DNA from: Ophelia neglecta
Lineage: Eukaryota
Reading direction: 5' to 3'
Assembly (NCBI GenBank): GCA_965285935.1
Contig: OZ260663.1
Coordinates: 81,778,001-81,842,000 of the forward strand
Length of the DNA: 64,000 nt
Positions 53,620-64,000 of the stretch are shown piece by piece. The notes under the pieces were generated by a model. The model was not told the origin of the DNA, ran no database searches, and saw nothing but the letters and a program-made list of their open reading frames with translations. Position 1 is the first letter of the stretch. Every line of letters starts with the position of its first letter. A program made the position numbers and the translations under genes.

Positions 53620-56600
53620 TGCCGTCAAGCTGCAAAGTGAACATCAATAAAATGATCGTGACGCCCCTTTGTTGATCTTCTGTCAGCTCCTGCTACTTTT
53701 CTGTTGATATGGCTCTCCGGCATTGCCAACCCTTTGAAAGGAAAAAGATGTAATCGAGTTGAATCATGATTCTCTATGAAAAAATCACGTATATGAAAAG
53801 GCTTACCAAAGGGCTACCCGATACATTACATCTGGCTTGCAATCATAAAAGTCTGCCTGCTGAATGGCCTTGTGTTTCTTGTAAGCTGGCTCAAATGTGG
53901 GTTGTAAACACAGCCAGATCAGTCATGTCTGTTGAATGCCAGACGATTCACCATTCACCCACCTTTATATGGACCCACATACAAAACTCACCACAAACAC
54001 TGGTATTAAATGATGGAATAAAGCATGCAAACTGAACCGTTCATCTTTGATGGCCCATATAACTTGTTTATAATCAGAATCCCATATCATTGATGCACTT
54101 CTATAACACTTACAGAAACGACCAAAACTTGAAACACTTGTACTAGATTGGGTTATTATGTTATGGAACATGTTAAGTGTACCTTAGGGTGAGCGCTGCA
54201 ATGCTTTCTGCCCTGTTCCTGTTAGCCTGAATGGCACAAAATTCCATGCACATCTCTGTGACATTGTGCAGACTCGTGTATATCCGTAGGGGCTTAATGC
54301 ACTCATCCGGGCTACAGGAACAAGATCATGCAATTGCTCTTTCATCTGTATTGACTTGTAAAAATTGGCTTAACAATAGCAGTGTCCTACCTGCAACTCC
54401 TAAATATCACTAGACAAAACCTGTATGCCAGCGTTCAAACCCAATTTGGCTGATGGCTAAGCTGCCGCTGTGGCTGATAAATATACGAGAGCTTACCTTG
54501 GGAGCCCAGCGCCTGCTGGATGGCATTCTGATTGAATTGGCCAGAAAATTATTGGTTAATATCCTCAAATATCCCATGGATTGCACTCCAAACATGATTT
54601 ATAGGCAAACTGACAAATCCATTAACTCTCTAAAAAAGAAATCCTGCCCTGGCTATGGCATGGATTATTCGAAATTATTCTTGGTGGTTCGCTTGATCTG
54701 AACTTATTTGAGGGATGAAATATGGCATTGAGCTGCTTTCCAACTCTCGCAAATCATGGCACGCATGTTGGTGAGCGCCCCCAAACTTCACAAAGCCATT
54801 GAAGGTTGCTGAGAGAAGGTGCACTCCCATTTTACGATGTTGGCGTATGTGAGATATCGTTTGAAGATTTCACCTATTGAGATTATTTCTAAGGCACTTG
54901 CAGAGAGCGTCTACAATTGATGAACAAAACTCCTTACACAGGAATTAATCATGTTGAGACGCAGTTGAAGTTGGGCTTCAATTTGCTTGAAACCCAGTTC
55001 CTGATAAGAATCGGTTATTATATGGCTGCAAGAAAAGATTACCATTGCTCTTTGACAATTCTAAGTTTGCTGAATAATGGGAGACATTCAGCTTTATCAG
55101 CTTTTAAAATGTCAATTGTAAAACTGTGTGCTGGCTTTACAGTCTTCTTTGACATGATATGTTTAGTGGCTGGGGTATTTTGATGCTGGATTGTGCAGGT
55201 GTTTGTCTAATCAGCAGTACCTTTCTACACAAAGTGTGTCTTGGAGGTAATATGCAACCTGAGCAAGAATATCCTTTATAATATTAATAACCAGTTGATA
55301 TGCATACAAGGTAATAAGCTATAAGCGTAAGGCACCAGGGATTTGAGCACAGATTTTACTATGGCAACCATACAATATTTACCTTTTAATTGGTCATTTT
55401 TTACTGTTCCTGTTTCCCCAGCTCATGTATTTGCCGTGATGGGTCCCGGTGAATGTCCTTTATTGGCAACAAGCCATTTGAATCATCCTATCAGCAAATG
55501 TAGTAATTTAGTGATGGTTAGCCTTGATGCGGAGGGCTGACTCCTCAGAAGCTGCAGCCTGCCTAACCTTCTAATGGGAGTGCTATTAGCGATTCCTTTT
55601 GTTTCCGAGCTGAACAACTGCTCCGTCAGTTAAAGCTGTCAGCTGAGAGTATACTCAGTTGGTTTGTAGCTTCCATATTTGCTAGGACCAATTGCCATTA
55701 ATTCATGGCAGAGGCTGGTGACAGAGAACCTTGAAAGCAGGGTCAGAGGTGACTTTCATACATCATGACTTTCATAGCTACCCCTGTATCCACCGGGTGA
55801 CATGTGCCCTGGATCTCCCGAGGGCAGATTGCTGCTATTGTGAAGCCATAACTCAATGTGATTTCTTCCATGGTCTTAGGAGTATATTCTTCGCTCAATC
55901 ACCTGCATGTCAAATTTTCAATTATAGCAATAATTGTGCATGGATGGATGTCAATATGAAGTTCTGTGGCTGTGTGCCCTGCCAGAATGATGAATCAGCA
56001 GCCATCATTGTTGAAACTTCTCTCTCACTCTGGTTCCCTGGCTCTAACACTTATTTCTACACCTTTCCCTAGTTTCTGCACTCTGGGGAACTCAGTTTTA
56101 CCATTATATTGCTCCCATAAGCCAATATTTCATCTCTTCCTTGCCAGAAAGAAAAAGCTTGCATATGTGCTTTTGAGCTTCCTTGATAAGTCTTTGTCAC
56201 TAGAGTTTGCCTTTATCATTTATTAGTTCAAAGTTATTTACAGTTTAAATAACATTCATGTGACAATTGTGCTTGTAGTTATGTCTCCTTCTTTTAGTTG
56301 ATGATGTTTTTTGTCTAGCTAAGTTTTACTCCTATGAATGTTCATCATTTTCCTTGAACATTGCTGGCACGTTGGGCCAATGGATGGTCCGCTCAATGGG
56401 CCAATCAATGGGTAAATCGAAGAATTTAAATTGCAACTCGCTCACATGGAAGGGGTGTCCACTCCCTCATGGGATACTTGAGAGAGACAGGGAGAGGGGG
56501 GGGGGGGGGGGGGGCGGTGACCCCTCGCTCCCTGGGTGAAATCTAACCTTGTTTTGATCTAAGTTGTGCTGCCATGATCTGCCCATCCATTGAAAGTTGT

Positions 56601-57750
56601 CAGCCATCAATTGCCTCGCCTGATTAGACAATAATTGCCGCCTAAGATTACTACAAGCAATGCAATCTAATGAAGAACAAGAGCCAGTTTTGGTATATTG
56701 TGTTCCAATAGAGAGTGTAATGAAAGAGTTGAGGAGGCCAGAATTCTATATCCTGCAGGATCGCCTTGTTAATTTCCTGTTGGCAGGCACAGTTCTGATG
56801 GCTGTCTTATTGCCCGAGTTTTTCCCGCTTGGCAAACAGTGGAACCATGAGAGGGGACAAGCCATGGAGTGTTGAACTGAGGAAATAGGAGCATGCAGCC
56901 ACAAAACCAAGGGTCATAAAGTGAACCGTATCCCTGCCATCCAGCATGATATTGAGCTATCAGGAAGGCACACCAATTTCAGATGGAATCGGTGTGGAAT
57001 GTTATAGCTTTTAGAATCCGCTGCACATGGACAGGCCGCTGATAGCTTTCCAGCCTCCATAAACAACATCATCTGTGGTGGAGCAGCAGGCAGAAAACTG
57101 AGTTTCTGCACTCCCACAATATGGAGATTTACGCCAGCAGACGGCAGATGCATTTGCCAGAGTGGCAGAGAAATGCCCTAAAACACTAGATATGTTAAAA
57201 CAGAAGGCAGGCCCCTCATTAACTCCATGCACCCCCATGTCCCCACCAGATTGTGTGCCTGTAAACATGTTCATTACCCGGGCCCAAGTGTTCCTTCTGT
57301 AAATCAAATCCTCTTTTCTCCGATGGTGGCTGACATTCACAATATTCGCCCTTGTAAAAAAAACTGCGTCTTGTCCAAATACCTTGGGGTCGACCCAACC
57401 TTCTCCACTCCACCTCCTGGGTGATTGCAACAACATATCTGTTTTGTTCAACATCAATTTAGTTGCTTTTCTCCTGGTGACCTGAGCCCCGCTGGGAACA
57501 GGTCCTGAACGGTAGATGGAAATCAAAAGTACATGTACTGTACCACATGAGAGACCAGTCAATTTGCCATTAGCTGTTTGGTCCGTGCCAATAAATATGT
57601 TTAATCAAACAGTAGGCATATCCAGTATCCAGTATACCATAATCTTTATTGTAGATGTTTTCACAATTGTTTACTGATCTGTGAGCAGTTTCACTCATAA
57701 ACCGCACTATGACATTTCCACCGTCTGCTCGAAACTCATCACCAGATTTT
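53620..57750 (-). mobile_element. Near full-length, highly decayed L2/CR1-group LINE (SGNH-esterase ORF1, APE, RT), antisense in SSBP intron 9; 5' end may extend to ~58800
   Basis: Colinear degenerate motifs on the - strand. Esterase: GGNVIVRF (~GDSIVR), NIFIGTDQ (~HVGTND), VLLISIYR. APE: LRPWKK..TIAAICP (~LRP.RLPR...IYHPP). RT: KLKPN, ALTNMRAMICES (~SLTS...KI.E), NTDERAI (~YVDDTTI), NVTEMCMEF, RSASMIWDS (~EYAS.IW), FFLSKGW (~FFP....WN). Confidence 0.6.
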
Positions 57751-60379
57751 AAATAGATTGCTTCTTAATAAAAATATGTCCAAATTTGTTATCACTGTTT
57801 AACCTTAAGTTTGTCCAGGCCTGCTGGCATCTGCAATCATAGTGAGTAAATGTTGAATCTGACATTTTCTTAATTTGAATTTTTCGCCTGTTACATTTCT
57901 TTAAATATGTGTAAACAAGGCGAGATAACTGTAGAAAGAATGCTTAGTTTTGGGCGCCCTGCAGCGAACAGTTTGCTGGGTGGGGCTGGGAGACCTCGTG
58001 AATAAGATGGCACTGTCAAAGTAATTTTCTAACCAATCTTGAGATAAGAAGTTCACGTCTGTCATTCCGGGACGTTTCAATATCCTTGCACTGGGTGAAA
58101 TTGAGTATCGGAGCACAGTCCATGTGATTCTCGTCTGCCATGTGATTTTCATCCTTCCTCTTTGTTAGGCACTTTTTACCATTTGCTGATAGAGTTGGTG
58201 ATTTTGCCATTCAGGGGGGCACGTCTTGGCATTCTTTTCTTGACAACCTTAGCATGATTCATATTACTCTTATCATCAATGCGACTAGTTTCACTGGGAT
58301 ACTTCGGGAATAGTTCTGCCACGTCCCAAAGAGCTTCATTTTCCATTTGGCATTTTCCCAGCAAATTTCCTTCATTTCCAAGAGTTGTGTATTTCATTTG
58401 GCAGTCAGACTCTGTGAAATGGTGAGGAGTTGACACATCTATAATTGAAAGCAAAATCTCATTACCCTCTCTGGGTGAATGTGTTCTGTGAATATTATTA
58501 GCGGGAATCCCGTCTGGGTAGGAGAAGCTAGTTCAAGTGGCCATTCAAAAACACCTCCAGGGTTAGAAAACGGCCATGAAAGCAATAAACTCAATAAGGT
58601 TGTGAATAAGGGACTTAGATATTTACTTTCTGCTGTAGTTCACCGCACTTCAGACAATGCTGCCGTTGTGTGTTCAGTATCTTGTAAATTGGTGCTTGAG
58701 AACAGCCTGCTTTTTGTACTTTCTCTTCTGCTTTTTGGATTTCTCCTAAATGTTTCAGCATTTGATACAATGGTTTTAATTCATTTCCGAATTTCCATGG
58801 GAAAGGTTCATTTTTTAGGCCCTTGAATTAATGAGCAAAAAAATCGATACTAAAAACCTAGTCATTGTTAGTACTCATTATCATGACAATTGCTTTGACC
58901 AGCTAAGGCCATTTTAAATTTCAACAGGGATGATGCAAACGCTCATAGCCTACTACTAGTTGTAAATACAAACCAATTCATGATGAAGAAAAACATGAAA
59001 ATTATCTCGGACGATGTTTAACCTCCTGCATCCTGGATGTTTAGTCCCGTACATGTACATTTATTTATAGGCACACTTCAAACATGCACCTGTGCTGTCT
59101 GATTTCCAGTGATAAGTCATACAATAATCAGCTAAATTAAGTTAATATGCTTGGTGCAGGTTTCCGTCTGACAGGTCCTAGATAACATATTCAATATTAA
59201 ACATATCAGAAGCCGGGGTTTTTTCCATTTTATATCCTTTTCCTTTATATTATAGCCAACATATAAACAGATGACTATCAAGTTTACAGACTAAAAGCAG
59301 ATGCATAATGAGTTTCCTAGTTGATATGGGCGTTGTGGTGTTGGTGTGGTGTTGGTGCGGTGTCGGGCATCTGAAGGGTGCTCCAGTTTCTTCAAGTTTT
59401 CCTCTTTTCTATTAAACACTTGTGATTGAATGTATTCTTCTCTCCGGGCTTTCATTTGGGAAGAAACACTTGTCCTATGCAGGGTACCAGTCTGTTTCTC
59501 AGGGTACCAGTCTGCCTGACTGCCACGTTACATTGCCATTAAATTTCCCTGCACAAATTGTGTTTACAGTCAATCCACACAGCATTCCTTTCTGGCCCCA
59601 TCAGCCAGATTAGCTGGTGGGTAAATGGACATGTGCAACAAACAAGCTGGCTATGTTCATCTAATCAACTGATTGAGCCATGGGGGTTTGCTCAACTTAA
59701 CATGTAAGCCTGCAGATTTGTACCTGCAAGGAGTGAGTTCAGAGTTGGGGCCTTGCCCAGCTACATAACATCTGTCCTCAACTGTTTACTGTCAGGCTGT
59801 TCATGTAACATCTTGGGAACCAACTCACACAGCTCTCCCTCAATCCCCACCAAACTGATTTCCCCTTGTGTTGAGAGAAATTTATGTGCTGCTCCTATGG
59901 CTATACCCCTATGGCTCCACTCCTATGGTAACCCGAGCATTTAATACATTACTCCAAAACATCAGTCACAGAAAACCTTTCATACAGGCCATGTTCATGA
60001 TAACTAACAGGAAGACCATGCAATCAAATATACTGCTGATCTACTGAACTCAGACTTTTTACCATGTTTTAGATGGACAACCACTTATCCTAATCAGATA
60101 TGACATGAATACTTTGTATGTCATCCAAAACTTAGAGCAAAAGCTCGGCATTATTTTGTGGCAAATATCAGAAACTCGAGCAGATCTCAACTGGTTGGTC
60201 GAGCACAATAATTGAAATTGCGAACTTGACTTCAGACATGTTCAATTTGATGGGCTCTCTAGTCTCTCTAGTCTGATACATGGTTATCAAAATATTCATA
60301 TCTATATTGATCCTCTGTGTTGCACACTCACCTCATTTCCTGTGTTACAATTAAGCTGCATTTTTCTCTGTGTTGTTAC

Positions 60380-60900
60380 ACGTAGCTCACAGGGGTAATC
60401 TCGGAAGGAAGCCGACCAATATCTGTAGTTGTGTAGAAATCAAGTCTTCTGCCCACCAGCAGGTAAACAGAGAACTTGTCATTTACCACAGCCGCCGCAA
60501 ATAGACGGCAACTTTTGTGCCTATTAGTCTAACCCAATCCCTTGAAACTAGTGGGATGATAGGAGGTTGATCAAGTTCTAAGAGCAGAGCTTTCCACGGA
60601 GGCCCTCGACTGATGCTGGAGCTGTCCGACTATCAAGAGATCCTTTTCGTCTGTCTGAAATATGCAGGAAAAACCACTAGATATCATTTATCTCTGGTGG
60701 CTGCTGGAAGTTCATCGGGATGATCAGGCAGTTTTCCGAGATTTCAAGGTTCAGTGTGTCTCCCATGACAGAGGCCAGGAAGCAAATAAAGCTGGGTTCC
60801 AATCAATCCCCTAGTGTTTCTGGTTATATGAGCACTGATCTTTCCTGAAAGAAACCAGTTATTTGCCAAGCATGCTCCGCGTGGCATAGTAATTTATGGA
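60380..60900 (+). mobile_element. Ancient CR1-like LINE endonuclease fragment; boundaries approximate
   Basis: CVEIKSSAHQQVNRELVIYHS resembles W.EIK......L.G.IYRSP; HDRGQEANK resembles TR.R.GQ.P..LD. Confidence 0.35.
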
Positions 60901-62969
60901 AGTGAAACATTACCTTCTATTACTAAGATGAGCCCAGCTACTATTGCATTTCAAAGCAGAGGCAGTTTGGTAAATTTATATTCTCTGTCATGACTTCAAT
61001 GCCAGCCGAAGTCATTCATGTTATTTTGTGTGAATTGAAACCCGGGAATGGTGTGGTATCGATCCCACAGAATAGGATGAACTAGATAAAACATTGATAA
61101 CCTGCTCATGCTAGGTCACAACTATATCTAAATACATTGATCACAGGGCTTGGGGTAATCCTTTGTTATGATAATGGATGGCCACATTAGATTGTTATTA
61201 GTAATAATGAAGATAAACGCTTTAGCTGTGTGATATATGCACAATTTATACCGATTAATATTTGTACCCTTGGCCAGCAAAGAAGCCTTGTTTTGACCGT
61301 CACCTTTGGCCTCGCCAAACCCTTTTGAGGTTTTCTGAAGACATTTTCATTTTGATTGAGTGTCTTCTTCTTGATTGTTCAAGTTTTGTTAAACATGGAG
61401 ACATGTGCTGTGTCAAGCACGATTGACACCCTGATGATTTGCAATAGACATTTGTTAATCTTGAGGACAAGACCATTGAAACCACTCTCAAAGCTGCTCT
61501 TAAACTTTACTAAAGCAAGAGTGTAGTATTCATGATATGGTGTACGAAACCATATGAAACATTCTCCCAGCTGCAAAATGCTGGCTTTAAGTTTGCAATG
61601 TGATCTATCCAATTCTTCTCCACACCAGTTAATTAATTAAGTTGTTAAAACTAGAAAGGGCATGATCTTTCTACATAATAATGTGTAAGTTTTTTAACCA
61701 CATAACTTTACTATGCTGGCTGAAAGTCAGGTTAGCTTGAAAATGGAATGATATATATTTTTTGGCATTAGTAATACTGTATGCTGCTTGAATATTAGAA
61801 AAAGGTACTGTTACCTTCTGCAAGGAACAAAGCTCTTGTTATTTTATGGGGGGGGGGGGGGGAGAGAGAAAACAGTCAGGCATTAGTCTGCAAAATAACT
61901 ATTGTGTAGTTTTTTGGTAATTTGGTAAGATAAGGAATGTTTTTGGTGAAGACTGACAAATAATATATTTGTAACGAGTGTTTTTTTTTTCCTTGGAGTG
62001 AATAACAGAATTCTTTCTTACCAAAATGAGTATTAAAATTGCTTTTCCTCCCCCCATGCATATGAAATGCTCCTGCTAACTGGCTAGGCACATGCCTTTG
62101 GCTGGAAGCATTGAGGTTGAAGTGGTCCTTGTAACTAGGCACATTTAGAGTGGCACCTACTCTGCAGAAAAGATTACCTGCTCCTTCAACATATGTTTGG
62201 GAGGTTATTAACAGGGGACCTGCTGTAGGCCCTGCTCGATGAAAACACCCCCTATCAACACTCGGGGTTGATTAGGCTAAAATGATAGCAGCAATTTCAA
62301 CCAACTGGAGTTGATAAAATTGAAATATGGTGAATCACTTGGCGTTGAATGATACTCCATGTGAGATCGGGCCTGCTATCACCCCATGCTTTGATTAGGG
62401 CCTGTGTGGCAAGGAAATCAACCAGGAGTTACTGCTGTGTCTTGATAATGTTTATGTTATTAGAAGCCAAGCACCTCTAGGGCTTAGCATTTCTATGGCA
62501 GAGCTCAGATACCCATCAAATGCCAATGCACCTGTGAATGTTAAACTGCAACCAATATCAGACATTTTATTCTCATCGCTGGCATTTAAAATTGGTTTTT
62601 CTGTAAACGAATTCCTATGTTTAAAAACATGGTACAGTATAAAGCTCCCAGCTGAACCATCCTATATTAGCAAGTTTGGGTTTTAATGTTATCAGCTGAT
62701 GAATCAGTATGTAGATATTTCCTATAAAATTCACATGGCATTATCTGCACCAAATCCTTGGTAGAGATATACTAGCATGCTGGGGGCCTGTTGTGACAGC
62801 TCTGTTCTCTGATCTCAATCTTGATCCTAAGCTGGTACAGATATCCCATTCTCATCCCAACACACTGCCCATAGTTACCTATTAAAAACACAAAATACTC
62901 ATTTCCTGTTAAACACTTGCTTACTCATTCTCATATTATACCACACACTAGCTCAATATGTACGTATGG

Positions 62970-64000
62970 GCAGCCTTTACAGATAAACTCATTCTCTATT
63001 ATAAAGAGGTACATATATATCTGTACCCATCTATCTTCCTTCTTTACCAAACAGCGTTACAGATAAAATGATATTCTTATTATCTCCTAAACAATGATAC
63101 AGATGCCCTCTTTACCACACAGATATAGTACAGATATCCCCCCGTCCCCACAAGACATTGCTCATCCTCTATAAACAGCAGGACTTCTGTTCCGATCCTC
63201 TACAAACAGTGGTACATATACATGTAGTATCATTATCTACCATACAGTGCCCATTCTCTACAAAAAAAAGTGGTACAGACACCCCCATTTTCTGAGAAAC
63301 TACTACAGATATGCTCATTTCCTACTAACAGCAGTACAGATATTCCCATTCTCTATAAACAGCTGTATATATATCCAAATTCTCTATAAACAGCTGTACA
63401 GATATAATCATCCTCTACTTACAGCTGTACTGATATCCTATTCCCTATAAACAGCTGTACAGATATCCTCATTCTCTATAAAAAGCTATACAGATATATT
63501 CATTCTCTATAAACAGCTGTATGCAATTAACATCTATACTGATATCCTTTTTCTCTGTTAAGAACATTATGCAATAAACAGCTGTACAGATATCTTCATT
63601 CTCTACCAAATAGCTGTACAGATATCCTCATTCTCTACCAAATAGCTGTACAGATATCTTCATTCTCTACCAAATAGCTGTACAGATATCTTCATTCTCT
63701 ACCAAATAGCTGTACAGATCAGGGGCTAATCTACCGTGATGCACGGACGCACGTGCGTCATCCCTGGCCTGTATTTAAATGCCCTATTTTCTGTGGAATT
63801 AACAATAAAAATTAATCGTTAATTTAAAAATATTATGTGCATCCACCCTAAAAAATCCTGGATTAGCCCCTGCAGATATCTTCATTCTCTACCAAATACC
63901 TGTACAGATATCCTCATTCTCTCCCAAATAGCTGTACAGATATCCTCATTCTCTACCAAATAGCTGTACAGATATCTTCATTCTCTACCAAACAGCTGTA
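62970..64000 (+). repeat. 31/32-bp tandem satellite, runs off the right edge
   Basis: Unit CAGCTGTACAGATATCCTCATTCTCTATAAA (31 bp) grading into TAGCTGTACAGATATCTTCATTCTCTACCAAA (32 bp); degenerate on the left, near-perfect on the right. Confidence 0.95.
63720..63872. mobile_element. 153-bp MITE inserted in the satellite, 12-bp TIRs, 5-bp TSD
   Basis: CAGAT|CAGGGGCTAATC ... GATTAGCCCCTG|CAGAT. Confidence 0.9.

Noticed and set aside
52546-59110. C/D-box snoRNAs at TGATGA words (e.g. ~52549, ~58981)
   Set aside because: No suitably placed D box with a terminal stem and no recognisable rRNA guide.
63300-64000. CRISPR-like array (repeat length 31-32 bp)
   Set aside because: Units are head-to-tail with no unique spacers, there are no cas genes, and the context is a eukaryotic intron. 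It is a satellite.
51850-64000. Further SSBP exons (GPMQRM.PPRG-type)
   Set aside because: No phase-1 exon with a matching peptide was found by eye; the ttttcag at ~52535 hits a stop. They probably lie beyond the window.

Overview
AT-rich, repeat-rich animal genomic DNA, most likely a lophotrochozoan such as a mollusc (inferred from a MetaSINE/RUDI-like SINE, Helentron-like remnants and Ssdp exon content). Two genes lie head-to-head around a ~1 kb CpG-rich promoter. On the - strand is coding exon 1 of the autophagy E2-like enzyme ATG10 (365->270; the gene runs off the left edge). On the + strand is the 5' part of an SSBP2/3/4 (Ssdp) orthologue, with nine GT-AG coding exons assembled by hand from 1382 to 51849. 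They give 210 in-frame codons: [210 protein letters not shown](G). The gene continues beyond the right edge. The large introns (up to 17.4 kb) contain a TIR-bounded DD35D pogo/Tc2-type transposon reduced to its catalytic core, several MITEs (one nested, two with clear TSDs), a SINE, minisatellites, many very old LINE fossils including a near full-length esterase-ORF1 L2/CR1-group element, and a 31/32-bp satellite at the right end. Almost all ORFs in the supplied track are spurious. I found no prokaryote-type system and no clearly new gene family. The best leads are the ATG10-SSBP divergent pairing, which appears to match human, and a likely regulated set of phase-0 cassette exons with distinctive RNA-binding-protein motif clusters.
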